A stretch of 64,000 bases of DNA from Trueperaceae bacterium (GCA_965214405.1 OZ243956.1:1856001-1920000), one strand, 5' to 3'; positions 18,432 to 29,895 are shown, numbered from the stretch's first letter. Numbers and translations: made by a program. The notes: generated from the letters alone by a model not told the origin.

Positions 18432-19640
18432 ATGCAAGAGATACTCGAGCAGGGCGAGGGCATTTTAAGACTCGTGCCCACCTGGGTGCCGCGGTCGTTT
18501 TGCGTTCCGGGCGGGCGGCTCAAGCTTCACCCGGACGACCTCTACGCCTTTGGCGCGAACCGCGGCGGCGTCGACGAGCGCTGGCTCGCCTCCACCACAA
18601 AAGCCGACAACGGCCCGCTGACCACCCCCGACGAAGGTCTCTCCTACGTCGTTTATGGAGACGCGGCGCGCCCCGAACGCGCGCTCCTACGTGACGTGAT
18701 TGCCGAACTCGGGGCCGAACTCTTAGGGAATGCCCTCTGGGACGCGTACGGCGGCCTGCCCATGTACGCCAAATTCTTCGACAACCAGGGCGCGCTGCCG
18801 CACCACCTTCACCAGCGGCCCGAACACGCCGCCGCCGTGGGGCAAAAGTCCAAGCCCGAGGCGTACTACTACCCGCCGCAACTCAACCATCATAAGGGCG
18901 ACTTCCCCTTGACGTTTTTCGGCCTCGAGCCCGGCACCACCCAAGACGACGTCAAGGCCTGTCTCGAGCGCTGGAACGAGGGCGACAATCACATTACGGG
19001 CTTGTCTCGAGCCTACACGCTTAGGCCCGGCGAAGGCTGGTACGTCCCGGCGGGCTTGCTCCACGCGCCGGGCAGCCTCTGCACCTACGAACCGCAGGGC
19101 TCGAGCGACGTTTTTGCGATGTTCGAGTCTTTGGTCAACGACCGGCCGGTCGACTGGTCGATGCTCGTCAGAAACGTTCCCGAGGCGCAACACCACGACC
19201 TCGACTACATCGTCTCGCTCATCGACTGGGAGGCCAACGTGGTGCCCAACGTGAAAGAGGTTTACCACCGCCCGCCCCTGCCTACGTCGTCCCCCGACGC
19301 GGTGCCCGACGCCGGTTTTCTAGAGCGGTGGGTGGTTTACGGAAACGCGCACGTGGCGGCCAAAGAACTCACCGTCCTGCCGGGAAGACGCGTCACCGTC
19401 AAGGACAACGGTCCCTACGGCGTCATCGTCATGCAAGGCCGGGGCCGCGTTGGACGCTGGGACGCCGAAGCCCCCGCGCTCATCCGTTTTGGCGAACTCA
19501 CCCAGGACGAATTTTTTGTGTCCGAGCGCGCGGCGCGTGCGGGGGTGGAGGTCAGGAACTCGAGTAGGACCGAGCCCCTGGTGCTGCTCAAACACTTCGG
19601 CCCGACCGAAAACGCCCCTGCCAAAAGCGTCCGCTTCTAG
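18432..19640 (+). CDS. Cupin-fold protein, mannose-6-phosphate isomerase-like
   Basis: KFFD..LPHHLHQ, KPEAYY and LHAPG..YEPQ metal-ligand-like motifs; AGGAG RBS. Confidence 0.65.
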   Translation: MQEILEQGEGILRLVPTWVPRSFCVPGGRLKLHPDDLYAFGANRGGVDERWLASTTKADNGPLTTPDEGLSYVVYGDAARPERALLRDVIAELGAELLGNALWDAYGGLPMYAKFFDNQGALPHHLHQRPEHAAAVGQKSKPEAYYYPPQLNHHKGDFPLTFFGLEPGTTQDDVKACLERWNEGDNHITGLSRAYTLRPGEGWYVPAGLLHAPGSLCTYEPQGSSDVFAMFESLVNDRPVDWSMLVRNVPEAQHHDLDYIVSLIDWEANVVPNVKEVYHRPPLPTSSPDAVPDAGFLERWVVYGNAHVAAKELTVLPGRRVTVKDNGPYGVIVMQGRGRVGRWDAEAPALIRFGELTQDEFFVSERAARAGVEVRNSSRTEPLVLLKHFGPTENAPAKSVRF

Positions 19641-19755
19641 CCCTTAGCCTCATCCACAGGTACAAATCTCACCTGCGTAAGCCCTACCGCCCAGCACCAA
19701 GCTTTACGAGCATTACAAAGAAAGCTATAGCACGCGTTTCTGCTTCCCTAAAGAC

Positions 19756-19818
19756 GAAAGTACCGAGTACAAAGTACCGGATTCAGAGTGTCTCACTCGG
19801 TACTTTCCACTCGGTACT
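19756..19818. repeat. Intergenic inverted/tandem repeat built on AGTACCG
   Basis: GAAAGTACCGAGT (19756-19768) and ACTCGGTACTTTC (19795-19807) form a perfect 13-bp IR, with partial second copies at 19771 and 19809. Confidence 0.6.
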
Positions 19819-19905
19819 CACTCTTCTGAACGCTCCCGAAGAGAATTAAAGCCTAGCCCGGCATTGGTCCACGCCTCCTTTTCACCTCCCGTTCTGGTAG
19901 GCTAG

Positions 19906-21354
<1,449 letters not shown>

Positions 21355-21389
21355 AGGGTCCGGTCAGCGTTTGTGCTAAACTGGCGCGG

Positions 21390-21749
21390 ATGCAGCACAT
21401 GGAAAGAACCGCCGAGCCGCCCGTTACCCTCTATGAGAGCGTCCTCGAGGACATCCGCGCCATCGCCGCCGAACTCGACCTTGCTGTGGGGTTTGCGACG
21501 GGGCGGCGCGAGACGGACCTGTTTTTCGTCAAGGTGACGGGGGACAAGTTTCGCGCGCTGCAAATTCCTTCCTATATCCTCGACCACCGGCCCGAGGTGG
21601 ACGTCGAACTCTTGTCGTCGCGCTTTGAAACTACCGACTACCAGGTGACGCTGGTGGTGACCCAAAAGCTCTCTGAGCAGCCCGCGCTGCCGCTCGAGCG
21701 CCGCGCCAAGCTCAAGCGGCGTAAGGGCTCCAAAGCGCTGCGCCTCTAG
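21390..21749 (+). CDS. Hypothetical protein
   Basis: Host-like codon usage; TAAACT 7 nt upstream of the ATG; no family recognised. Confidence 0.6.
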   Translation: MQHMERTAEPPVTLYESVLEDIRAIAAELDLAVGFATGRRETDLFFVKVTGDKFRALQIPSYILDHRPEVDVELLSSRFETTDYQVTLVVTQKLSEQPALPLERRAKLKRRKGSKALRL

Positions 21750-21766
21750 CTCCTTACCCGTAAGCG

Positions 21767-22057
21767 CTACAGCGCCCGCAAAAGCCAGAAGCTCGCCATC
21801 CCCACCAAAATCCCCAACCACAGGCTCCTGACGCGCCACAGCACGAGCCCCGCCAGCGCAGCCGCCAAGAGCCTCACGCCCCCCTCGCCGCGGCTCCCCG
21901 GCAGCGCCGGAAGGGTGAGCGCCGCGAACACCGCGACGGGGACGAAGTGCAAAAAGCGCCGCCAGAACTCGCCCAGTTCCCGCCCCGCCAGCACGAACCC
22001 CAAAAGGCGCGGCCCGTAGGTCACGAGCGCCATGAGCACGATGAGCGTGACCATCAC
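21767..22057 (-). CDS. azlD: AzlD-family branched-chain amino acid exporter subunit
   Basis: Small hydrophobic ORF with MALVTY..R and P.AVFAAL; GTGA overlap with the azlC stop. Confidence 0.8.
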   Translation of the reverse strand: MMVTLIVLMALVTYGPRLLGFVLAGRELGEFWRRFLHFVPVAVFAALTLPALPGSRGEGGVRLLAAALAGLVLWRVRSLWLGILVGMASFWLLRAL

Positions 22058-22716
22058 CCGTCCCCCCGCGTCCATAACGCCCCGAGGAGCGCGCCCGCCA
22101 CGCCCGTCACGAGCACGGCCACGCCGCTGCTTAAAGTCTGCGAGAGCCCCAGCGCGGCGAGCCCCGCGAAAAGCGCGACGCCCACCTCTTTGAGGCTTTT
22201 TAGCAGGGGGATGAGCAGCGCCAAAAAAGCGAGCGGAAACACGAAGTCGATGCCCAGACGTTCGGGCGCGGGCACGGCGCTACTCAATAAACTTCCGACC
22301 AGCGTGGAGAGGTTCCACACGACGAATACGCTCAGCTCCGCGCCGAACAAGTAGCCCATGCGCCTCTCGCCACTCACAACCGTCACCCCGAAAGCCTCGT
22401 CGGTCAGAAAGTAAGCGGCAATGAGTTTTTTAGGTCCACTAAGCTTCACCCTTTGCCCCAGCGAGAGACCGTAAAGGAGGTGGCGGAGGTTAATCAAAAA
22501 GGTGGTGAGCACGATTCCGACACCGCTCGCTCCGGCGGCGAGGAGCCCCGCCGCGCTAAACTGCGCGCCGCCCGAGAAGACGATGAGGCTCATCAGTTGC
22601 GTCTCAAAGGGGGTGAGCCCCGCGCCTCGAGCCGTGACCGCGTAGGCGAGGCCGAAGGGAATCATGCCGAGCCAGAGGGGAATCACGGCCCTAAAGCCGC
22701 GCCAAAAGGTGCTCAC
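22054..22716 (-). CDS. azlC: AzlC-family permease
   Basis: MSLIVFSGGAQF, NLRHLLYG and LTDEAF motifs. Confidence 0.92.
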   Translation of the reverse strand: MSTFWRGFRAVIPLWLGMIPFGLAYAVTARGAGLTPFETQLMSLIVFSGGAQFSAAGLLAAGASGVGIVLTTFLINLRHLLYGLSLGQRVKLSGPKKLIAAYFLTDEAFGVTVVSGERRMGYLFGAELSVFVVWNLSTLVGSLLSSAVPAPERLGIDFVFPLAFLALLIPLLKSLKEVGVALFAGLAALGLSQTLSSGVAVLVTGVAGALLGALWTRGDG

Positions 22717-22771
22717 CTCATTTAGCTTAGGTTCAAAGCTAGGGTGACGCTAGGAAGATATTGCTTTCGGT

Positions 22772-23587
22772 TTAATGCGCGCTCATTGCAGCGCGGACGT
22801 ATTCACCCGGCGTCACGCCGACGAGCCTTTTGAAACTCCCGCCGAAGTGACTTTGGTCGAAAAAGCCGGTCTGGACAGCAACCTGAGCAACGGTCTGACC
22901 CTCAGCGAGCTTGGTTTTCGCCCTCCGGACGCGAACCTGTAATCCGTAAGCGTGGGGGGTGAGGCCGGTCTCGAGCCTGAACGCCCGGAGGAGGTGGTGG
23001 GGGCTCCAGTCCACAAGCGTGGCAAGTGTTTCTAAAGAAACTCTCTCATGGGGATGCGCGTCCAGATACTCTCTGGCGCTCCTTACCTTGGTGGGTTCGC
23101 GGCCCGCGTCCTTTAACCTAAAGGAGCCGTCGGCGTAACGTGTGAGGAGTTTAGCGAGGGGTCTAAGCAGCGCCTCCGTCTCTCCCCACCGCATCACCGC
23201 GTCGTGCGCGCGTGCTAAATCTGCCGCGAGCGCTGGGTCGTGAATAACGGCGTGAGAGAAAAAGGGTAGCGTGGCCCGTCCGGTGACCGCCTCGGCCACT
23301 CGCGTCATAAACGCGCCCGACGGGTAAAGCACGCGGTAGCGCCAGCCCGCGTCACCGGCGGCGGCGCCCGTGTGCATCTCGCCGGGGTTCACGATGACCA
23401 AGTGTCGGGGTGGCGCAAGGTAACGCGCGCCGCGGTAGCGAAACGTCTCTGCGCCCCCTTCAATCACACCAATTACATAACCCTCATGGGTGTGCGGCGA
23501 AAAGGTGTGGGTGAGGTAGCGCGCGTGAAGAAGCTCCAACTCGGGACCTTGCCAGAAGGTCGCCCACTCGAGCGGTTTAGCCGTCAT
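22772..23587 (-). CDS. AraC-family transcriptional regulator
   Basis: HTHEGY and NPGEMHTG cupin motifs; C-terminal F...GLTP and GFFDQSHF HTH. Confidence 0.93.
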   Translation of the reverse strand: MTAKPLEWATFWQGPELELLHARYLTHTFSPHTHEGYVIGVIEGGAETFRYRGARYLAPPRHLVIVNPGEMHTGAAAGDAGWRYRVLYPSGAFMTRVAEAVTGRATLPFFSHAVIHDPALAADLARAHDAVMRWGETEALLRPLAKLLTRYADGSFRLKDAGREPTKVRSAREYLDAHPHERVSLETLATLVDWSPHHLLRAFRLETGLTPHAYGLQVRVRRAKTKLAEGQTVAQVAVQTGFFDQSHFGGSFKRLVGVTPGEYVRAAMSAH

Positions 23588-23715
23588 AAAACAGGCTAAC
23601 ACCTCCCGCGTTGTTTGGCGGCTCGAGGGGCCAGAGCAACTGTAGGCGCGACTTATCAGGCGCGCCCTGCCGGGTTCTAAAATGTGAAGTGATAAAACTC
23701 ATGGGGGTGCATAAA

Positions 23716-24201
23716 ATGGCAGACCAGAAAAAAGATTACGAAGAGACCACAACCATCCAGGCGTCACCGCAAGAGGTTTACGATTTTGTCTCGGACGTGA
23801 GCAACTTGCCCAAGTACCTACCGACGACCAAGAGCGCCCAGCAGCAGTCGGGCGAGCGGGTACGCGTGCAAGGCGAGGCGGAGGGCCATCAGTACGACTC
23901 GGACGGCTACTTCCGCACGAACGGCGCGAACCAGCGCCTCACCTGGGGGGCCGACGAGGATTATTATTCGGGCTGGCTCGACATCAACAGCCAGGGTGAC
24001 AACAGCTCGGAGGTCACGGTTCACATTACCTTTACGGGTGGCCCGCCCGCGGGTCGGGGCGACCCTCCCGGTGATGAACAGTCGCGCGGTCCTGACGACA
24101 GCGAAGTTCAAGAAGGACTGGTCAAGGCGCTCGAGTCCATCAAAAATTATGTCGAAGAAGGTCGTAGCGGCGGCAAAGAGGAGCCGAGCGCGGCGACGTA
24201 A
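23716..24201 (+). CDS. SRPBCC/polyketide cyclase family protein
   Basis: TIQASPQEVYDFVSDVSNLPKYLP ... ALESIKNYVE. Confidence 0.8.
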   Translation: MADQKKDYEETTTIQASPQEVYDFVSDVSNLPKYLPTTKSAQQQSGERVRVQGEAEGHQYDSDGYFRTNGANQRLTWGADEDYYSGWLDINSQGDNSSEVTVHITFTGGPPAGRGDPPGDEQSRGPDDSEVQEGLVKALESIKNYVEEGRSGGKEEPSAAT

Positions 24202-24228
24202 AAACGTAGGTTTTAAGCCAAGCAGCTT

Positions 24229-24259
24229 AAAGAGGATGGCTTTTGACCATCCTCTTTTT
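24229..24259. terminator. Bidirectional intrinsic terminator
   Basis: AAAGAGGATGG-loop-CCATCCTCTTTTT between convergent genes. Confidence 0.8.
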
Positions 24260-24313
24260 ATGTTGCCCAGCTAAGCACTTTCAGATGCACGACCTCTTAT
24301 ACGCTTTATACGC

Positions 24314-25270
24314 TCAGGCAACCTCTACGACTACCTTGCCGCGCAGACCCTCGCCACCCTGCTCGACGCGGCTATGCGCCTCGCCGAGCTTTTCTAGCGG
24401 GTAAGTCGCGCCGACGACGGACTTAATTTGACCCCGTTCGAAAAGGGTGCGGAGCTGCTCGAGCTTTTCTTGCGCGTCTTCTAAATGCACAAAGTGAACT
24501 GTGATGTTTTTACGCATGGCTGGGTTGAGGTCGCCCTGCGCGCCCGTGATGGTCGCAATTTGACCGCCCATCTTGACCGCGTTGATGCTCTCGGCAGAGA
24601 GTTTGCCCCCGGCGGCGTCCAAGGCCACGTCCACGCCCTCGCCGCCCGTCTCGCCGTTCACGACCTCCACAAAGTTTTCGTTGCGGTAGTCGATCACCCG
24701 GTCCGCGCCGAGTGACTTGACAAAGTCGGCGTCATAACCGCCGCAAGTGGCGAACACGTACGCGCCCGCCGCCTTGGCGAGCTGCACCGCGTAGTGACCC
24801 ACGCCGCCCGCGCCGCCGTGGATGAGCACGCTTTGACCGAGCCGCACGTCCGCCGCACTCACGAGCGCCGCGTAGGCGGTGCCCCCGGCCACGGGTACCG
24901 CCGCGGCCTCCGCAAAGGAGAGGTTTTTGGGTTTTTTAGCGACCCTGCCCACATGCGTGAGGTGATACTCGGCGTCCGCGCCGCCACGCCGGTCCATCAA
25001 ATCAACGGCGTAGTAGACCTCGTCGCCCGGCGCAAAGCCTTCTACGCCCGCGCCGACCTCCTCGACGGTGCCCGCCACGTCGTAGCCGAGCACGACCGGC
25101 GTCTGCATCATCGGCCCGAACATCCCTGAACGCACGCCCGCGTCGGCGGGGTTGACCGAGGTGGCGTGGACCTTGACCAGCACGTCGTTGGGGCCGGGGG
25201 TGGGCCGCTCGCGCTCTTGCATCTCGAACCCCTCGGGGCCGCCAAACTTTGTCAGGACCATTGCCTTCAT
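24314..25270 (-). CDS. MDR-family NADPH:quinone oxidoreductase-like protein
   Basis: SVNPAD, LGYDVAG, IHGGAGGVG and AVQLAK. Confidence 0.9.
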   Translation of the reverse strand: MKAMVLTKFGGPEGFEMQERERPTPGPNDVLVKVHATSVNPADAGVRSGMFGPMMQTPVVLGYDVAGTVEEVGAGVEGFAPGDEVYYAVDLMDRRGGADAEYHLTHVGRVAKKPKNLSFAEAAAVPVAGGTAYAALVSAADVRLGQSVLIHGGAGGVGHYAVQLAKAAGAYVFATCGGYDADFVKSLGADRVIDYRNENFVEVVNGETGGEGVDVALDAAGGKLSAESINAVKMGGQIATITGAQGDLNPAMRKNITVHFVHLEDAQEKLEQLRTLFERGQIKSVVGATYPLEKLGEAHSRVEQGGEGLRGKVVVEVA

Positions 25271-25959
25271 AAGCTCACCTTTTCGTCTTGTGCCGCGTTT
25301 TGTAAATCAGCTTGGATTGTGTCAAAAGCTTGTAAGAAAAGTTCGGGCGGTTGTGCGCCCGACACGCCGTACTGGTTGTTTAGGACGTAGAAGGGGACGC
25401 TCGAGACCCCCAGCCGCTGCGCCCGCTCTTGGCTCGCCCAGACCTCCGCGCTGAGTGCGTCAGTCCCTAAAAGCGCGCGCACCGCGTCCTCTTCTAAACC
25501 CACGCGCGTCGCCACCTCCACAAGGTCGTCAAGGCTGTTGAGGTCGCGGCCCTCGCCGAAGTACGCCTTAAAAAGCGCCTTGGCCGTTTCCATTTCCTTG
25601 CCAAACTCCGCCGCCAGCAGAATCAGCCGGTGCGCGTCTACGGTGTTGGGCGCGCTCGCTACCTCTTCAAAGTTGAACTCGAGTCCCGCCCGCTCACCAA
25701 CCTCTGCCACATGCGCGAACGCGCTTTGCGCCCTCGCCCAGCCGCCGAACTTTTCTTCGGCAAACGCGCGCCAGGGCTCGCCCCCTGCGGGCATCTCGGG
25801 CCGCAGTTGAAAGGGCCGCCAGCGCAACGTCATGCCTAAGTCGGGCCGCGCGGCGAGCGCCGCCTCTAAATGCGCCTCGCCGACGTAACACCAGGGGCAG
25901 ACCACATCTGCATAGACGTCAATTTCTATCACGTCTGTTTTAGTGTTCATGCTCATCAT
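25267..25959 (-). CDS. DsbA-family (FrnE-like) oxidoreductase
   Basis: DVVCPWCYVG, PFQLRP, NTVDAHRL, VPFY and SGAQP. Confidence 0.9.
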   Translation of the reverse strand: MMSMNTKTDVIEIDVYADVVCPWCYVGEAHLEAALAARPDLGMTLRWRPFQLRPEMPAGGEPWRAFAEEKFGGWARAQSAFAHVAEVGERAGLEFNFEEVASAPNTVDAHRLILLAAEFGKEMETAKALFKAYFGEGRDLNSLDDLVEVATRVGLEEDAVRALLGTDALSAEVWASQERAQRLGVSSVPFYVLNNQYGVSGAQPPELFLQAFDTIQADLQNAAQDEKVSL

Positions 25960-25960
25960 T

Positions 25961-26590
25961 CTAAGAACTCACCATCGGGGCCTCTTGCAAGTAGCGGTTG
26001 TCGGTGAGCTGCTTGAGCATAAAGTCGGCCACGTCCGCCCTCGAGACGCGCGTCCCGCTGTCCTTGCCGATATAGCCGACTTTATATTTGCCCGTGTGCG
26101 GGCCGTTCGTCAGCATGGGGCCGCGCACGATGACCCAGTCTAAGCCGCTCCGGCGGAGCACGTCGGCGTGGTTTTCGGCGTCCTCCAAAACGCTCTTTTG
26201 CAGGGTCTTGAGCAAAAACTTGATGACGCGGTCCGCGATCTTGGGCCGGTCTTGCGGGTCGCTCACGCCCGCACCCGTAAGGCTGACGATGCGCTCGACC
26301 TCGTGCCGCTTCATCGCCGCGACGATGTTGCGCGTGGCGACCGTCTGCACGTCGTCGGGCGACCCCTTGGTGTGACCCAAGGCGCTTAGCACCGCGTCCA
26401 CCCCCTCGAGCGCCCGCTCGACCGCCTTGGGGTCGGTGGCGTCGCCCTGAACGAGTTCCAGGCGTTCGTGCGTGACGGGCATCTTGTCGGGCGAGCGGAC
26501 GAACGCCTTGACCTCGTGACCCGCCTCCAAGGCCTGCTTCACCAGCGGAATCCCCGTTTTACCCGTGGCCCCAAAAATAGCCAGCTTCAC
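25961..26590 (-). CDS. NAD(P)H-binding SDR (flavin/biliverdin reductase-like)
   Basis: IFGATGKTG, LDWVIVR and SRADVA; GTG start overlaps the upstream stop. Confidence 0.88.
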   Translation of the reverse strand: MKLAIFGATGKTGIPLVKQALEAGHEVKAFVRSPDKMPVTHERLELVQGDATDPKAVERALEGVDAVLSALGHTKGSPDDVQTVATRNIVAAMKRHEVERIVSLTGAGVSDPQDRPKIADRVIKFLLKTLQKSVLEDAENHADVLRRSGLDWVIVRGPMLTNGPHTGKYKVGYIGKDSGTRVSRADVADFMLKQLTDNRYLQEAPMVSS

Positions 26591-27501
26591 GCGCCCACCT
26601 CCGCCGGGTTCCGGGAGAACGCCTCTTGGTGCTCGCGGACCCACGCTTCTAACCTTGTGAGTTCTACGGGCATCTTCTCCAGCGCGGCGTCAACGTCGAC
26701 GTTGAAAGAGAACATCTCAGGGTTCTCGTACGCCATCGCGTAACCCTGCGCGGCGGGCTCGCCCATGCCGGGAAATACCGCGTCGAGCTTTTCGCCAAAT
26801 TCGGCGGCGGGCATCGGGCGGAAGGTGATGTCGCGGCCCAAGGCGCGGCTCATGCGCTGGGCGACCTCTTCACCGTTAAGGCGTTCGGGTCCGGCGACCT
26901 TGATGTTTAGGGGAGCCAACTCAGGATGCGTAAGCGCGTAGACCGCAAACGCGGCCACGTCGTCGGTGGCGACCCACTGCATCTTGACCGTGTTGGGCGT
27001 CGGGTAGGCGTAGGTGTCCGCCTCGGCGAGTTCGCCCAGCGTCCAGGGTCCCAAAAAGTTTTCCATATAGGCGGTGGGCTGGATGACCACGTAAGGCACG
27101 CCGCTCTCTTGAAGGTGCTCTAAGAGGTCAATGCGGCTGTCAAAGCCGGGATTGCCGCTCCTACCGGGCGGAATCTCACCCGAGGCGTTCCACACCAGCA
27201 GCTCGACCCCCGCCTCCTTGGCGGCGTTTATCGCGTTTTTGCCGTAGCGCCCGCCGTCGGTCGGGTTTTCAGTAAAAAAGGGCACAAGCAAGAAAACCGC
27301 GTCGACGCCCTCACCGGCGCTACGCAGGCTCTCAGGGTCGCCCAAGTCACCCTCGACAATCTCGGCTCCTTTATCAGCCAGCGCCCTGGCCCCCTCCGGT
27401 TTCCGCGTCAGCACGCGGACGTGGTGCCCCGCCTCGAGCAACTTCCGAGCCACAGGATTCCCCTGTGAGCCCGTCGCGCCGTAAACAAGAATGTGTGACA
27501 T
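26587..27501 (-). CDS. NmrA-family NAD(P)-binding protein
   Basis: VYGATGSQG, PTAYMEN and DDVAAFA; GAGGAG RBS before ATG 27501. Confidence 0.88.
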   Translation of the reverse strand: MSHILVYGATGSQGNPVARKLLEAGHHVRVLTRKPEGARALADKGAEIVEGDLGDPESLRSAGEGVDAVFLLVPFFTENPTDGGRYGKNAINAAKEAGVELLVWNASGEIPPGRSGNPGFDSRIDLLEHLQESGVPYVVIQPTAYMENFLGPWTLGELAEADTYAYPTPNTVKMQWVATDDVAAFAVYALTHPELAPLNIKVAGPERLNGEEVAQRMSRALGRDITFRPMPAAEFGEKLDAVFPGMGEPAAQGYAMAYENPEMFSFNVDVDAALEKMPVELTRLEAWVREHQEAFSRNPAEVGA

Positions 27502-27655
27502 AATTTGCTCCTCTGTACGTTTGCTAGCTTCTACGTGGACCACAGTCGCGCATTACGCTCGAGCCGTCTCCCACCGTTTCTTCACTATACGCGAGTCAGG
27601 AAACGCGGACCGTTCCCTGCGCCGGTTCTCCTAAAGAGGCTATCATTTATAGTTT

Positions 27656-27739
27656 TACTTGTGAAGTAGTATCTAAAAAGTGAACTACTTACCAAAGATG
27701 AAGCTTTAGCCTTGTCTCCAGACCGTTTAGCTTTATAAT
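27656..27739 (+). promoter_or_regulatory. Candidate HxlR operator and sigma70 promoter of the regulator
   Basis: IRs TACTT-gtg-AAGTA and AAGTAGT..ACTACTT (27664-27690); TTGTCT-N16-TATAAT ending 7 nt before ATG 27747. Confidence 0.55.
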
Positions 27740-27746
27740 TCAAAAC

Positions 27747-28070
27747 ATGAATTACGACGTAAGCGTAAAGACCAAAGGGCAGTGCGTGGTGGAGCGCACC
27801 GTGGACATCATCGGCGGCAAGTGGACGACGCTCATTTTGCGCGAGCTTCTGGGCGGCACCAAACGCTTTGGCGAGATACGCTCGAGCCTAGAAGGCATCT
27901 CGCCCAAAACCCTGACGGACCGGTTGAGAGAGCTCGAGGCCCACGAAATTCTGGAGCGCACCGTCTACCCCGAGGTGCCGCCCAGGGTCGAATACACGCT
28001 GACCGAACGCGGCGAGGCGCTGAGGCCCGTGATCGAGGCGATGGGGGCGTGGGGGGCGAAGTGGACGTAA
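27747..28070 (+). CDS. HxlR-family winged-helix regulator
   Basis: C..ER..DIIGGKW, KRFGE and YPEVPPRVEYTLT; divergent from the redox operon. Confidence 0.93.
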   Translation: MNYDVSVKTKGQCVVERTVDIIGGKWTTLILRELLGGTKRFGEIRSSLEGISPKTLTDRLRELEAHEILERTVYPEVPPRVEYTLTERGEALRPVIEAMGAWGAKWT

Positions 28071-28089
28071 AAACAGGAGGAGACGGGTT

Positions 28090-28314
28090 ATGAAGCTGGC
28101 GGAGCGCATTGAGATAAATCCGGAAGTGATGGTGGGAAAGCCCGTTATCAAAGGAACGCGCGTTCCGATCGAACTGCTCTTGCGAAAACTTTCCGAGGGT
28201 GCGAGTGTGGCCGAGCTTTTGGACGCTTACCCTCATCTGGTTGAGGAAGATGTCTACGCGGCGCTGACCTACGCAGCCGCGGCGGTCGCTCTTGATGAGA
28301 CTGTGCTGGCTTGA
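28090..28314 (+). CDS. DUF433 antitoxin-like protein
   Basis: INPEVMVGKPVIKGTRVP..YPHL..EDV.AAL.YA. Confidence 0.9.
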   Translation: MKLAERIEINPEVMVGKPVIKGTRVPIELLLRKLSEGASVAELLDAYPHLVEEDVYAALTYAAAAVALDETVLA

Positions 28315-28596
28315 GGACGAGGCGAAGGGGCTTGTGGTGATGCAGCTCAGGTAAACGTAAAAAAACATCGTCTCCTATTTCTATCTAACAACTCATCTAC
28401 CCAAAACAAGGGGTTGCAACCCCTTGTTACTCGTGTTGTTACTCGTGGCGCGTCAGGGAGACAATGTTTGCACCGCCACCAAGAGGTACCTATAGGAAAC
28501 TTCCCAAGCCCAAAAAGGGACCAACAAACAAGGCCTGAACACGTACAATAAAGACATGCCGATTTACACCAAACCCGTTCACCCAAACAGCCTCAC

Positions 28597-29895
28597 ATGA
28601 AAATCCTCCACACCGCCGACTGGCACGCCGGGCGCAGCCTGCACGGCGTGAACCGCACCCCCGAAATCCGCGCCGTGCTGCAAGAGATCGCGGCGCTGGC
28701 GGTTGAAGAGCAAGTTGATTTGATTCTGGTCGCGGGCGACCTCTATGACAATAAAAATCCGGGGGCCGAGGCCGAGGCGGCGGTGTATGAATTCTTTTTG
28801 ACCACGGGCCGCGCGGGGATTCCGAGTGTGGCAATAGCGGGCAATCACGACGCGCCCAACCGCCTCGACGCGGTGGGCGGGCTCCTCAACCTCGTCAACG
28901 TGCGCGCGTTTGGCGAGGCCAGGGTGGCGGGGCAAGGGGGGAGCTTCAGGATGCGCTTCGGGAATGAAACCGCGCAGATTGCGGCGCTGCCTTTTGTGTC
29001 GGAGCGCCGCATCGTCAAGGTGTTGGAGCTTTTGGAGGGCGACGCCGGGAGGTGGCGCGAGCGCTATCAGGCGGGGATGCGGGGGCTTATTCAGAACCTC
29101 ACCAAGCCCTTTAGCGCGGACACGGTCAACCTGCTTCTCATGCACACGACGATGAACGGCGCGACGCTGTCGAACTCCGAATACAGCTTTCACTGCACCG
29201 AAAACTACAGTCTGAGCCCCGACATCTTCCCCGAGGGCGTGTCGTACGTGGCGCTCGGACACATCCACAAGCCGCAGTCCGTCAAAGATTTTCCCGACTA
29301 CGCCGCGCGTTACGTGGGCTCGCCCTTGCAGCTCGACTTCGGCGAACAGGGGACGACAAAATATGTAGACATCGTCGAGGCGCGGGCGGGTCGGCCTACC
29401 GAACTCGTCAAGCGGCATGAAGTGAGAGCGGGCCGGAGGCTCAAGCGCGTGAAGCTGGGCCGGGAGGAGGTGGAGCGGCGGGTGCTCGAGCTCGCCTCCT
29501 TTGACGGCTGGCTCAAAGTGGTGCTCGAGCTTTCCCACCCCGAGCCGGGCCTCAAAGACCGCGTCAAGGCGAGTTTGCCCAACGTGCTCCACGTCGAGCT
29601 GAGCCTGCCCGAGATGGAGCGCGCGCGGTTAGGCGGGGTGGATTTGGAAAAGGTCGAACTGGTGGACGCCTACGCGCAGTATTACGAAGAAGCGCGCGCG
29701 GACGCGCTGCCGGACCCGTTGCGCGAGGCGTTTGCGGGACTTTATAAGACGGTCCAGGAGGGTGAAGCTGAAGACGCAGGAGGAGCCGTGGCTGTAGGGG
29801 GCGCTGTAGGAGACGTAGCGTTAGAGGAAGCCGTATCTAAGAAAGGCGCGTCGGAGGGAACATCTGAGGAAACCATGCCGGAGGAGGTCGCGTGA
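28597..29895 (+). CDS. sbcD: Nuclease SbcCD subunit D (Mre11-like)
   Basis: HTADWH, AGDLYD, AGNHD and YVALGHIH. Confidence 0.95.
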   Translation: MKILHTADWHAGRSLHGVNRTPEIRAVLQEIAALAVEEQVDLILVAGDLYDNKNPGAEAEAAVYEFFLTTGRAGIPSVAIAGNHDAPNRLDAVGGLLNLVNVRAFGEARVAGQGGSFRMRFGNETAQIAALPFVSERRIVKVLELLEGDAGRWRERYQAGMRGLIQNLTKPFSADTVNLLLMHTTMNGATLSNSEYSFHCTENYSLSPDIFPEGVSYVALGHIHKPQSVKDFPDYAARYVGSPLQLDFGEQGTTKYVDIVEARAGRPTELVKRHEVRAGRRLKRVKLGREEVERRVLELASFDGWLKVVLELSHPEPGLKDRVKASLPNVLHVELSLPEMERARLGGVDLEKVELVDAYAQYYEEARADALPDPLREAFAGLYKTVQEGEAEDAGGAVAVGGAVGDVALEEAVSKKGASEGTSEETMPEEVA

